DNA of 56,138 nucleotides, the filler included, from Sphacelaria rigidula (taxonomy: Eukaryota): NCBI GenBank assembly GCA_964200075.2. It is 6 parts of 6 records of this genome, joined end to end, with 100 filler letters (N's around TTAATTAATTAA, not from the genome) between each part and the next. Parts side by side here need not be neighbours in the genome. Positions count along the whole stretch, not along the records: positions 9,374 to 18,646 come from CAXNAA020008862.1; positions 18,747 to 28,019 come from CAXNAA020008863.1; 4 more parts are not named here. One strand, given 5' to 3'. Each line of letters starts with the position of its first letter. Positions within the stretch are counted from its first letter, which is position 1. Below, piece after piece: positions 12,893 to 26,662 of this stretch. The notes below the pieces were generated by a model. That model searched no databases, was not told the DNA's origin, and saw nothing but the letters and a program-made list of their open reading frames with translations. Position numbers and translations under genes: made by a program.

Positions 12893-13269
12893 ACGGGAAC
12901 TGACGGAGCATCCGCCTGGTGGTCTCATGCAAACACATTAGCATGCAGCTTCACTCATAGCCGCTCAATCGTTGTGGATCTGGGTTGATTGTCACACTCA
13001 TGAGTAGCTACATAGAAATCGGCAGGCGGACACCAACAATAATTGTTGACGGGCAACTGTTGCAGGCTTCATGCAGTCCTGTGATTCACCGCTGCGGCAA
13101 TATTGATAAATTAATGGTATGTTCAGCAGTGCATCTGGAAACAAACATCCACGTATTCACAGTCGAATGGTAAGCTAGAAGTATATGGTTGGGTTTGATA
13201 TATTAGAATCGAAACAACTTCACATTACTCTCAATTTGTTTTACGCATGCATGGCTCGCATAATCTCTT

Positions 13270-14042
13270 TGAATATATCTACCAAGGGCGCAAACGATCA
13301 AACAGAGGAAGCCACATAGAGGTTGCATCCATTTTCCATGACAAAATAGCATTTCGAGCATTAATGATTTCCCCCCCCTGACCAGGGGGTAGGGTGAATA
13401 CCTCATGTTTCGTTCATTCAAGCCTCGAAATTTATGTTCACGGCTAATCGGTACCGTGCCTGGTGACATGCATGCAGACAGTATGACATTACGGTTAGAC
13501 AAACAGATTTCCGTGTATTAGCGGACGGCAGCGTAACAATGTCATCCTCTATCAGTTGCATATATGTTCATGTACGAGGTGCGGTTATTAGGTGCACACG
13601 GAAACGATCACCCATGTATTGAAAGTCGTGAAGCAAAATCAAAGCACATGATTGGGCCTGATTTCTTCAAAATCGGAATAGACATCACATAGCCCCGAAG
13701 TTCCCAAGCACATATGACTTGCCCATACCCTTTAGAGCTATCCACCAAGGGCAAACCTATCACTCAGGGGGAACCACGTTGAAGTGACATTCAATTTCAT
13801 GACAAACACACATTTAACGCATCAATGATCTGCTCCCCCCCTGACCGGGGTAGGGTAAATACCTCATGTTGATTCAAGCTTCGCAATTTCCGTTCACGAC
13901 GAATCGGCTCACATGGTATCGTGCCTTGTAGCATGTATGCACAACCAGTATGGTATTACGATCACACAAACAGTTTCGTGAATTTGCAAAGCATAGAGTA
14001 AAACGGCATTCTTCCACCGTTGCATACGTGGTCATGCATGAG
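13270..14042. repeat. Old direct duplication of about 310 bp (about 13270-13580 vs 13735-14042)
   Basis: Shared blocks CCAAGGGC..., CATGACAAA, CCCCCCCTGACC.GGGGTAGGGT.AATACCTCATGTT, ATTCAAGC.TCG, CAAACAG.TTT, GTTGCATA in the same order. Confidence 0.75.
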
Positions 14043-14934
14043 ATAATATAGCAAGTGGTTCGCGTTCCTAAAAGTATATGCTTTACTCGTTACTAGTTGT
14101 AGCCGACAGCATCTCGATAGCTCCTGTGTATCTTTTCCGCAGGCAGTTCGTCAACTCCCATCTGCTGATGGGCGACACGGTCATCACTACCTCGTTTTCC
14201 CCCCCAGTATATAGACTCGAATAACAGTACCGTACACGGCAAAGGTTCTTCCGCATGAATAGTCCGACATTTGGTATTCGATGGTGATTCGGAACAGTTT
14301 TGTTCTCAGAGTAAAACGCATATTACTCATGCACTGTTAGACAGTACAAAGTCAACGATTTCATTGAGGAGATGGTGCAGGCTGTAAACATTCAGTACCG
14401 TCATCTTGTACAACCATATTGTAACAGCATCACAATAAATATAACGGCTGCATGTCGTAAAACCCAAGGGTGTTCTCGCAACCCAATGTTCGAAGACACA
14501 CGCGATTTTTAATCCAGCGGGTCTTGTCGAGTTTGAGTACGTGTGGCATATTGTTATCGTTCCATTTCAGTCAGCTGTGTGAAAGTCGAAAAAATCATAG
14601 CATATAGCAACAGCAGCGTCAGTTGTCAACAAGTCTAACGTTAGTCTGTCTTGCGGCGCACCCCGAGCGTGTGGTTACAGCATTATGAATTGCGAACAAA
14701 ATCAGGATTGTTTTGGTCAGAAACAACCCAGATAGTGGTGCGATATGCCTATTATTTTGTTTTTCAACTGCGGAACAATTGGCTGGAATTCGTGTGCAAA
14801 GCAATTATGAAGCAGGAGAGTTGTCGGTGCAAACTACGACAGTAAAGACGTGAATGCAGCAACACAATCTTGTGTGTCCAACGGATACGGCGGTTGTAAG
14901 CAGCAGTTCAGACAGTGCAACACAGTATAGTCGC

Positions 14935-15042
14935 TTATTCTAGACCGCAGTGCGGGTAGTCCCTCTTTATTATGCATATCTTTTTCACAGTGAATATTGA
15001 TGCCAACTCAGCAGGTGACCTACCCTCGTGGTCAAAATGGGC
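14935..15042. mobile_element. Degenerate copy of the ~100-bp piggyBac-like MITE
   Basis: TAGACCGCAGTGCGGGTAGTCC...GTGAATATTGATGCC..CTCAGCAGGTGACCTACCCTCG.GGTCAAA, similar to 27603-27704. Confidence 0.7.
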
Positions 15043-15499
15043 AATACTCACAACGAGAGGGTGTCGTACAGCTCTTCATACTCACAACAACAGGGCGGCG
15101 TACAGGCACATGTGTGGCGAATACAGTAAACACAAGCTTGATGGGCGAAGACAGCATAGTGTTGTGCTGCTCTTTTCAGCTGCATCATACAGCAGGAAGC
15201 ACACAGAAGCTGTTGCATGGAAAGATTTAGTAAAACAGTACAGAGAGTCGTGCAATCTTAGCATCCACCGTGACCCTACTCATTCAGGCCTACACGACAA
15301 GATTTGGCTTTTATAGAGTAACAGTATCCAGCTAGTAACATGACATGTTTGGTGTATGCCGCTAAAGTATCACGTTGGGGCCAAGCAAATGCAGGACGAC
15401 TGACGGAAGTACGCAAGCATCGGTGCAAACGTTTGTGCAAAGCGAAATCCAGCATTAGTACAGTACAGTACAACACGGTACAGTCGCTTATCATCAGGT

Positions 15500-17400
15500 G
15501 TCAACTGGGTGTTGCACATCCCACAAATCAGTTTGCGAACAGGCGTGTGCAGGGCAGCTAGCACGAAATACGCAAAAAATCTAAAAATTCTCCGCATTTA
15601 TATGACAATGTGTATGGGGCGAAAACTTGCCACAAGTCCGTCAGTTTTTGAGCGACACAAGGTAACATACCATCGAACAGTATGGCGCGATCGATGCAGG
15701 ATGATGGTGAGGGATAACTGGTAGCATTCATATAAAAACAGCACGCCACATCAGGTTACAGGGAAATGGGGTATCGCGTCGGTATGCAAAATTATCGTAG
15801 TACAACTTATGTGCGGTGAATCATGAATCAATCGGCTGTGGCGGTGTGTCTCTCGGTTACAACGTGTCAAGGCACAAGCAAGTTTGGATAGCAGCAGACC
15901 GATGACAGTACTTGGGGCGGGGGATTGCACTTTAGAGACCACCGCTGTAACCCGAGCATCATACTCAGTCGATTCATGGTCTCATGCATTCCAGTATCAG
16001 TTGATTAGCAGGAGAATGATTGATGATATCATGCAGGTTACAGAAAGATGGATATCAGCGTGGTTTATGCACTGCGCAAACGTTTTGATAACGCTATTTC
16101 AGGTGATGGGGTGCACACAGCAGATGATCTGCTTTTATACCCCCAGTTCAACTGCAACAGACAGTAAATAGGAGTACATCAAAAGCTTGATTAAAACATT
16201 CAAGGCAGAAGGTACCTCCGATTTTTCAACAGTGCAAGCTCCAAATCAAGCGGGCAGCATTGCAATAGTATCCCTGGATCATGATAGAGGTATACATGTG
16301 TGCGCTTGCTACAGACACGTTGTAGTCGTGCATAGCTGCCGTAAAACGCGGTTTCACGTGGACGAGGATAAGCGCTGCATGGATGCGGTAGCTTGACTCC
16401 CGCGAACAGCAATGAGCTCGACATCATTTCGGCACATATAATTATATATATATATATATATCGGGCTACATGAACAAACAGTCCAGCGTTTGACAGCATT
16501 TACGGTTCATCACATTATTGGCTCTTACCCAGATGCAGCATGCAGCAAGCCTTATCCACACGGTATCCAGTAAGCCGTGAAATCAATCCAAGCAGGTAGC
16601 GCAATGTTATCAGCATGATCCATCATTTCCTTTCCCTCCACAGGTTATAGATTGTTATGACAAAGAGTGAGGTTGGCTGTTGATTCATCACCATCTTCAA
16701 ATCTCAAAAACGCATGAATTCAAACTTGCCTCAAGGTTATTTCCCGAGGGGCGGCGAAATAGGATTCAAATACCCGCATTGTACCCTGAAATGTATACAG
16801 TATATATTGGGTGTACATAACATGCGATGTCCGTCAGGTCAGCAGACTAGGTTGAGGTTCCCTTTCAAGGCACGGCCTGCAGGCTTTGCACGGTGAGCTA
16901 ACTCGCATCACAGCCATAACTACTATTCACCACTGTAGCGTAGTAGAGTAGAACGGGTGTCTTGCCTTCGTATGGAAACATCATTTTAAACTGCTGGGGG
17001 ACGTCGTCAACCGAAAGATATGGGTCATATGAGCACAAAACTCTTTCATGTGTCCACGAGTATTTGTCAGACGCGTTGGGAGACGATGTCAAACATGTTG
17101 CAGAGCGGGGAATTGTACTTCAAATAAGCTTTATACTGTCAAATAGTCATATAAGGCACAGTTTGTTTATTTGTCATTACATGCGGGGTTATCTTTTGAG
17201 GTGAACAAAGATTTTTCATCTGGGGACCGAAGCATTATGGTGGCTAATGTTTCGTTGAAACAAAGCATTTCGGAAATCGCAAGAGGAGTGATCAATACGT
17301 CGCAGATGACAACAGTCGACACAATAGTCCCGGTTGGAAAAGCGCCATAATACAAACGGAATAGTGTCGGCCATAGTGGTCGTCCACATGCATGTCTCTA
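15500..17400 (-). pseudogene. Decayed, apparently spliced coding relic of unknown identity
   Basis: Exon-like minus-strand segments with protein-like text broken by stops (e.g. 'LFRLYYGAFPTGTIVSTVVICDVL', 'MRVFESYFAAPREITLRQV*IHAFLRFEDGDE'). No family motif recognised. Confidence 0.25.
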
Positions 17401-18646
17401 CTGCACAAGTCGAGTACTAGAGCGAAACAACAACAGGATTTCGGTCATGCAAGTTACGAGGTTTTGCTAGCTCATGCAAATATGACTTACTTTCATTATT
17501 ATATATGGTTACACATTTCACCATTCCATTTGGCACAGTTCGATTTTACTATCATGTCAACCTTCTAGCATCTGCTCGCTGCTGGAATCAAACACCTTAC
17601 TGTCTCACCGTTACTCTTGAAACAATCGTAAGCTCACAGCATGTAGGTAAGTCCAACGCAGAATGACACAGGACGAACGTTACGATATGCTTGGTCACAG
17701 ATTAAGGCCGATTTCTTTTCTCTTTCTCTCATTGATGGTGTCGAGACTTCGCACTTCCGAAAAGGAGTGGACACCAGGGTGCACCCGATTGAGGCGGTCC
17801 TCGGAAAGAGCCGGATCCAACCAGATGTAATGAGGCATGTTTATGTATTCTGTCTCTCGACGGATTTACATAACGCCTCACCCCTGACTGCGGTACTAGC
17901 CAGTTCCTTCAATCAGCCCTCCGGGCGCGTCAGTCGTTTTGAATCGACGGCCCATCATCGTACTACCCTTATCCACCACGCCACGCCGCGATCCGTAACA
18001 AATAGAACAGGTGTTTGGTAAACACCACCCTTGACAGTAATGAAAATCGCGCTCATCTTGGACCAGTGGAGTGCAAGCTGAGAGGACTCGGCGGGCATTG
18101 CGTGAAGTACAAATAATCGGTGATCATCGTGAGATGCAAGCAATCGGTGAGCAGTGTGAGGTGCAAGCAATAATCGGTACTGGATTGACGGCGTATTTAG
18201 TCAGTGTAAAAATATGTCGGTACCGTCATGTGAAAATTTCAGTCATGATGAACCGTCTCCCTGAACAGCATAGTAAACCCAGGATTGTGAATATATTGTC
18301 CTTAAAATGTCACACGCGGCCATTCGGCTACCTTGTAGGGGATCTCCCGAATGTCATCCTCGGTTCCGTCCGTTTTGAACTCAACGCTAGAGGATCTTGG
18401 GTATTCACAATCCTCTAGAGGATTGTGAATTTTGGGGCCTCGAAGGTCTGTATCAATAATTGAAATCCCCTGGATTTTTGGAGGAATAGGTGCTATGAGA
18501 ATCTGGGATTCGTACAGCCTCTGCTGTTTGAAGTAAATCCTAATTCAGAATAGGGCAAAAAGGGTTTTTATTTGGGCAACATAAAAAAAAGGGTAGACCC
18601 TTATGTTTTTGGAGCAAAAAAGGGTGGCGCATTTTTCGCTTTGGGG

Positions 18647-18746
18647 NNNNNNNNNNNNNNNNNNNNNNNNNNNNNNNNNNNNNNNNNNNNTTAATTAATT
18701 AANNNNNNNNNNNNNNNNNNNNNNNNNNNNNNNNNNNNNNNNNNNN
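18647..18746. other. Artificial 100-bp contig linker
   Basis: N-run + TTAATTAATTAA + N-run. Confidence 0.98.
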
Positions 18747-21700
18747 AAACAGGGAGAAACGGGTTTTAGGACGCCATTTTTCGATTTTCCTCATTCTCGA
18801 CCACCCCCCGGGGGGGGGGGGGTATAAAACGTTTTCCAGTCTGTAGGGCCCCTTGTCGTAATCAAAACACGAAAATTTGGCTGTCTCATGACACGGGCGG
18901 TACAACTCCGTCCATGTGCCAGCCACTCTACTCTGATGAACAACTACGCACTTGCGCCGCGTGGGGAATACAGGCAACGTTGTTGACCCCATGTTCCTCC
19001 CGTGCAAAGGTGCAATCGCACTTGGCCACAAGGACAGCCCCATCGACATGATGTGTAAAATCTCATCTAGCCAAGCGAAAAACCCGAGGAGAGGTGGAGG
19101 GCATCCAGCAGCACTACCTTACCGTGACTTCACCCACCCCTCCACGGTCAGACCATCAATTGAAACCTGGTTGGTTGCGCCAATGTCCATTCTCATGCCC
19201 AATCTTTGTCCCGTGAAAAAAACATGTGCTTCCCGGACAAGAGTTGAAGGCCCTTCCTTCTACTGTGCTTCATCACCGCACACATCCGCGGATGGAAAAT
19301 ACGAAAATACGGGGTACTGATCGACTGGCCAGACTTGGGAACCCGGATTGCGTCCGTCGAGTGTGGCTCTAGTTTCATGTCGCAGGTGCAAGGTCTTGCT
19401 TGTTGAGGGAATCGAAATGACATCTCTGGTCACCCCGGGTGTTACGTACCGTACACTAAAGAAAACGGATTATAGCTTTCGAATTTCATGTTGAAGACTC
19501 AGCAGTTCAAGACGGTTATACGATCTCGTGGACTAAGGGTAAACGTAGTACACCTACCGCAGCTAGCTGCAGTGAAAATTACCGAGACCACCCCAGCTGG
19601 GAAAAACGAGGTTCGCAGTGTGGGTCGTTGCGCTTGGTACCACTGCCCAACTGACACAACACTACGTAGTGTTGACACAGAAGGAAAGAGTAAATAGTGC
19701 CGTACACGCGTCCCGTAGAGGCGCCAGTGGATGAACATTGCAGGTATGACGCGAAGGTGGATATGACTGCCGCCAACGTGAATGACACAGTGACAGTCAG
19801 ATGGTGGCTAGACATCCAGGAGGCACGAATTCCCCTCACAAAACTAAGACACACCGGCCACTTTACGGCATACACGTGGCCATGTCATCAAAAATGGCAG
19901 CTGCATTCAACATGATGAGGTGAGGCATGTGGACCAAGGAGCACCAAACTTCATCGGCGGAGATAATACATGGACTGGGCTGCACCGCCTCCGGCTCTGG
20001 TAGCGAGCAGACACGCGCTCCTCGATGTCGAACATTTCGAGATACCTAGAGTGACTGCAAAATCTACATCAAGTGGAAGGGGGGCGGGGGGCGGTAGTAC
20101 GTGCGAAATCCGATCATTACTCAAAGAGTCATCATTGCGAAAACCTCAAGGTTAGCGTGTAGTGACTGACGGCCGCGCGATTCTATTGAAACCCTACCCG
20201 ATTGTTCATCCTGCGTTTCCCGCCACCACGTCCAGCGTAGCTTGCTTCGACCGATCATCGGTACGTCTCAGCACTACGAGGCTCTTTTCTCATCGGTTTC
20301 ATCACGAGACCCGGACCATCCCCCACCCCCCACCACCAATGAATCAACAGTAATCGTACAACCGTCTTGAACTGCTGCAGTGTACGACAGCTCATCCAAT
20401 CAAGGCAGTGGTCGTAATTAGAGTGTGCGTTTCACTGGGATTGATGCAGATCGAGGGTATATCTGACCTCGCCAAGTCAGCTCAACGTGATAACATGTAG
20501 TGACCGAGCAGAGCAGGCAACCCGTGCGGACATCAACGACCGACACGTCTCATTTCCGACTTCAGGCAATCGGGTCGAGCGATCGTCTGCCGGTGTATTC
20601 GCACACCAGCCAACGACGCACGAAACGGAATGCTGAACAGACAACAACCAGAGAGGGCGGACCCGTGGAAAGGATGACGTCCGGGATGTGCACAGGCCTG
20701 ACCGTGCTACGATACGGGACATGAATCGCACACGGCGTGCCTGTCCTGAGCATGAAAATGGTGGATCGTGACAATTACCGCTGTCTGGGTGCCAGTCCCG
20801 TCTTCCAGTGCCCAGAAATAGGTCCTGCATGCTTGCATCGGCATCGAGTATAGATTGGTGATGAAGTAACATGAACGTGCGATCAGTCTCCAATCTAACG
20901 CAGCCGTCAATAAACTGGAAGGGGTACAGATGGCAAGATCGTGTAGGCAAGGCGGCCCCCGGACGATACGTCACGTTAGCTGGCTATGAGGACAACGTCG
21001 GTACGCACGTGCAAACGAGAGTCGCCGCTAAGAAGGAATAATTGAAATTTATGGCCGAAACTCAAAGCCCTACCCTTCACTTCAAGTAATCAACCAAAGT
21101 CTCCGTGCAGACCGCATGTACGATACGAATGATTCTGGAAAGTAAAAAACTAACGGTTGGAAGCAAATGCGCTTTACAAGAGACAGCAGTGCACCATGTC
21201 TTCTTGTATTCGGACCAGCCTCCAATGTGGACCAAACTGGGTTGTTCATTGTCTTGCAGTGAAGTGCGCTCCTGGGCTGAGACCGGCAAGTGCCGTGCCG
21301 TACAACGGTCAACCGTGAAAGTCGAACATCCGGTCCAGGCAGACCATTTGTGCGGACATGGATTCCATTGCAAGATACGTCAAAAAACGTACTGCAGCCC
21401 GGCCAGCCCGGCTATGTAGATACGACGCCGATGGGCATCACCCCCACAAACGGGCGATATAACGTGCAAAGGGTCCCGATTTTTCGTATGGGGCGTGGCT
21501 CATGAGCCCATATGCACTACATGCACAAAGGACCCTGGACGCTTCCTACCGAGCACCTGAAAAAACTGCGGGAGCACGAGGGGACCGTAACATGGCCAAA
21601 GGGCCAGTGCGTGATACTTTCGCACAACGACCGAACCGATTTGTATGACATACGTTGTACTACAGTTGTTTAGTCTGTGCCTCTTGTCACGTCTACCTTC

Positions 21701-22694
21701 ACTACGCGTTTCATCAGAGGTATGCAGAAGAAAAAAGTCGGGACTACAGACAGTACAAACGATCACGGCGACTATCCAGTGACAGCAAGAGTCCGAGTCA
21801 TGAACCTCAGAGAGTTGGGGATGGCGGGCAAACACTTCGAAGCTCAAGGACCAAGTGTAGCCGAGAAAGGACAGCAGCGGGCAGCACTATGCCGTTGAGG
21901 TCAGAGTGGCTTGCTGTCTCTGGTCAAAAGGGGGAGCGGATGAGCCTTCTCAAACAGTGTGGCCACTGGACGTATATTCTGACTGAAGGACAGAAGGGTC
22001 ACTCTGATGGACCAAAAACAGCTGTTTAGAGCTTGTGTACAGTGCTTTACCTGGTATCCCTCTGATGGCGAGGATAGGTCACCTACCCCACACGCAGTAG
22101 TTTTTCAAGTAAACGTGATGCCGATCCAACAGAGCACCTAAGTTGTTGGTCAAGGGTTGTACTGTATCAAGTACTGCGAAGTGACCGTTCCAGTCTACTC
22201 TCCCGAGAGTCCCTTTGTGGTTGAGTTGAGTTTGCGATGAAGTACATGATCCTTGTGTAGTGAAATCATCAAACATCGTCGTTATGAGAATCAGAATACC
22301 CACACACGAGCCACGACTATGTCCAAATGTCCCCGGCTAGACAGAGATACCATGGGGAGCGACGAGCGATACCATCCGATCTGCAACGCTTCACAGATGC
22401 ATATTTCTCCTAATGCCGCAAAAGGCATATCATGTGCGTAGTCGTTGACATTGACGATACATGAAAACATAACGAGTCCAGCATAGTTCAACACGTACAG
22501 TACCATCTCCAGGGTGCAAGAGGCTTTTCAAAATATGGGGCGCAGATGGTGCAACAAAAAAATTCAACACAAAAAAAATATTACAGAGAGGGTCACGGCT
22601 GAACGAGTGCAACACCTGCCAAAAAAGTGTGCGCCGGCGAGCAGCGGTTATAGACCTCACGATATGGTTCACCCCCCCATCTTGTCTGCCTCAC

Positions 22695-22925
22695 CTTCTC
22701 GATGAAAGACGAAAATGAGCCACCGCTGAATGTTTTTTTGAAGAAGCTGCTGAAAGCCGTCCTGCCCTCCCCTTCACCTTCACCTCTTCCCGCACCCTCC
22801 CGAGAACGAGCGCCCGAGATTCCCCTGCTACCACTACTATTACTATGCGGAGTAAAGCGCTTGGAAAATAGACCACTGAAGCTCAACTCTCTCCGCTCAT
22901 CCCCGCCCTCTACCGCTGCCGCCAC

Positions 22926-22957
<32 letters not shown>

Positions 22958-24078
22958 CCGCAGGTGGTAATTCGATCTTATTACCATCCCTCGCCCACCC
23001 TCTCAGGAGCTGTTGTTGCTGCTGCTCCTCCTTCTGCTTTTGTCGGCAATCGGAACCCTCAGCTTCCCTCCCATTATCCGATAACGAATCGCCCTCTTCC
23101 CCCTCCTCCCCTGCCTCATCATCGCTTGTTGAGGCCGAGCGATCGACGCCCTCCATCTCCGGGTCGCTCTCGTTATCGCTGCTACTCTCCCCAGTAGTCC
23201 ACGCCCCTCGTTCCCCCCCGTCCGCCGCCGCAGCCAAACCCCCCGATGAAACCACCGCAGCGGCTGCCGCGTGCTGTTGTAGATTCTTCTTGGTTCCACG
23301 CATTTTTGTCACCTTGTTGCCGGCATGGCGCACTTTGCCCACACGTCGGGTTGCCGCTTTACACTTGTACGCTCGGGGGACACCTGTGACACTTGACCAC
23401 GCAGCCGCCGTAGTTGCCTTTTGGGCCGCACGACCGGCGCCTTTGCGCACCACGCTGCTGTGTATTTCCACGCTGGCTGACCTTGCTGTGCTCTTTGGGC
23501 TGCTGGCGCTGCTACTTGAAATGGACCGACGGACATGGTATAGATCATCGGGGCGGTCGCGGTGAAACATCGGGTGGGCGTACCCTCCCGTGTCTGGGCC
23601 CTTGACGATTTTCCGGAACGAGTACAGGTTGAGCTGTCGCTGGAAGCTGGAAAACTTCGAGTGGCGATAGTATCGTGTCAGCGTTTGCTCCGAAAAGGTC
23701 TCCACGTCTTTGACGTGGAAAGCAGTGCCCTGTGCATTCCAGGCTATTACAGCGGTCGACTCCGTTGTCAAGATCTCGTACAGCTTACGCGCGAAGGCCT
23801 GGGGCGCGCCCCGCTTACCAACCCTCGGTAGTGTCGATGCACCGTTCCCCACGCTCCCCGCTACGGGGGGGGCGGTGGCGGGCGTCGCCATTACATTTCT
23901 TGGCATCATGAATTCTGATCCCGCGTGGCTCCCTTTTGGTGTGTCAACACCCCCCACTAATACGAGATTTGACACGTCTGCCATACGATCCGCTCCTGGG
24001 ACTGCAGATGTCACCTGAACAGGGTCAAGCTCTTCGTGTGCGTCTTTGTGGCACCTGGTGGCGCCGCTCGTGTTTCGT
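22695..24078 (-). CDS. HSF-type DNA-binding domain transcription factor, main exon (likely ATG at 23984); downstream exons unresolved
   Basis: FARKLYEIL...IAWN..GTAFHVKD...YYRHSKFSSFQRQLNLYSFRK...YAHPMFHRDRP at about 23527-23796 is a typical HSF DBD. Acceptor ttttttaacag| at 24079, donor AAG|gtgagg at 22694. Low-complexity acidic/Ala/Gln C-terminal part. Confidence 0.9.
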
Positions 24079-25488
24079 CTGTTAAAAAAGCAGACGAACG
24101 AACTGGGAATGTAACAGTACACCGTTCAGTCCCGGTGCGGCAAGGTATGATACTGTGCGGTGTGTGCCCTCACCCACTAGAGAAACTTCAAGCAGAACAA
24201 CTGTAGACTGCAGCAAGTAGGAAGCGATCAGCCGTGGTCGCCGGCACCAGAGTAGTGCGTATACCGCAATAGGGGGGATGGTGACGACTTCTCGAGTAAA
24301 TGCCCGCGCCTAGATGTGTTCGTTGTCTGTTTCAGGTGCTCTTTCTGATTAACTGATAGAGCTCTCTGCGATAAATATATTATTGTTTCTTCCCGGTGGA
24401 ATGTACTGTAAACGTGATCGCTTTACATTTACTTGTTTTAAGTGATGGCTATAGAGCCCAATTTCCAGGCAACGTTTTTATATAGCCGGTGATGTACCCT
24501 CACTAGTCTGATGGGATCTCGATATACCTGTTAAAGACAAATACGGTGAAATGACTGTGCGGAAAAAAGCGAAGAAAAAATCGGAACCGTTCCTCGAAAC
24601 AATGACAGCAACGACCTGGGCCCATGTCTCAATACTTTAAGCAGCACTTATACTGTACAGAGTCGTCATTACACTGCAGTTGCTGCATTGCACTACTATC
24701 CGTCTGTGCTGCTGTGCTATGCAATGGCGGATTCCAGCTCATACATAGCCATGTGTGTTCGCTTGGGTGTATATGTATCGCATATCGATTTCAATCGGCG
24801 CGTGTCTCATTGAATCAGGAGATCTAAATATGCATCTAACGCTGTACACAAGAGTACACGAAGTATTTGCACTGAAGACACATATGTCAACCATACCCAC
24901 TGACTGTTAGTTTGCCCGGTCGCCGACCTACTGCAGGTTGCCAAGTGAACGCAAACCCTCGCTTAGCCGGTTTCTGGCCCTATAGTATTCATCATCAACC
25001 GTCCCTATGCCACAGTGCACACATGCTTCTCCGTGAGGATACATTTCTGTGTGCCGTGCAATTAAACGTCAGGGTTTGAGTCTTTTCATGTCATGTTCCG
25101 CCGATGTCACTACTGTTGTTGTATCATTTGTATACTGTAAACAGTTACAGTTGAGTGGTATTCTCTTGGTTCTCCTGTCATATTTCATAGCTGATTTTCT
25201 GTCTGTTGAGAGTCAATGTCATTCATTGTGAGTCGTCTTTTTTTGTTCAATGTTATTATACACCATAATAGACGGAATATCATTGATACCTCTGCAAGAT
25301 TTTCTCGGGTTCGTTCTATGTTCTGTTTTTAATCGTAAAAACACGCGAATGAATTCCAGTGCAGTGTTGTACCTGTGTTGTTGACATACATGGAGGATGT
25401 GCATTTATTCCGCTTTGGCCAGTCGAATATCAATCAATCAGTCGTGCTCCCCCCTCCCTGTTCCATCACAACACGATCATGAAATGTA

Positions 25489-26662
25489 TTATTGTCCCCT
25501 CATGTCATTGGAAATACCGTCATGGTGCTCGGGTGCTTTCTCCTCATCTACAGCAGCTCCTGGAGGACGTACTTCCCCCACACCAGAAAGGCGACGGTGT
25601 TGATTATATCTAGTTGAATGACTGGCTGGTGATGGAGTTTCTTCGCTGTTGAGATTTTCCTTCGTTCGACCGCGGGTCTGAATGGCGGGGAAAATATGTT
25701 AACAGAATGGGAGGGGAAGAAAGAGCGGCGGCAGTGCAATCAGAAAATAGAGAGAACCATAGGAGGGACCCGAGTGGTTTGCTCCCTGGACCCTTGGTGA
25801 GAACCTACGAGTATATTTATACATGTACGTCTGAGTATGAGAAAAAATCATAAAGGAGCGGTAAAGATAGAGAGAGGGGAGCAACAGTTGCTGTGGTCGG
25901 GGTCGCTGCTTTGGCGAGGGTTACGGTACAACAGTGTCGCAGATAGGTCGGTGGTTGAACCTGGGATAATCCACCAGAAACATCAATTTCCACGAACATC
26001 CACGGGATGGAGAGTGCGCGAGCATTTCGCTCAGCGACTCCCCTGCCCTGCTGATGCTCGAATACATATAAACGAGGAAATCAGGGGAACTCGGTGGCGC
26101 ATGTTCTAGCCTGTATTGGTGTGTATGACCGCGACGTTTTTTTCTCTGTGAAGCGAAATGCATAATTTGCTGAGAGTGTTTATAATGCTGTCTCCTACAT
26201 ATCCTGCTGCTACCTCGAATACAGACAGCGAATGTCAGCTGATTTGGTAGTCTGCGGTATGCGCTGCTTTGAACGGCGCTAGAATACACAATCCACATGT
26301 ACAAGTAGATCATTGCCACGTTCATAGATAGTGTAATGTGAATTGAGCAGCGTAACCCTTAATGCTGGGGGTAGTGTGGCCCTGGGCTGGCTCCTGTCTT
26401 GGCTAATTCGTTCCAGCTGTCGTCTGAACTCTGAATCTGAACTTTCATGAAAAAGTACTTTATTTCGACAGGGAAATGGACATGATCTGGCTGTGTTCTG
26501 TGTTCATTCTTGAACGAACACTGACCTGCATCCCTCTTTTGTTGCCGCCGCCGCTGCTGCTGCTGCACCTATATCCAACCGTTGCCATTGAGCTTCAGGT
26601 AGCCGTACATGAACTGCTCTTCCGTTAATCGACTCAACGCTGTACTCATCTTCAAAAATTGG
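25489..26662 (-). CDS. Probable last three exons of an unidentified gene (26662-26526, 26047-25961, 25609-25489)
   Basis: AG/GT-bounded segments join in phase: PIFEDEYSVESINGRAVHVRLPEAQWQRLD...KEGCR/AGESLSEML...FLVDYPR/YNQHRR...DMRGQ*. One donor (gttcaa) is weak. Confidence 0.45.
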
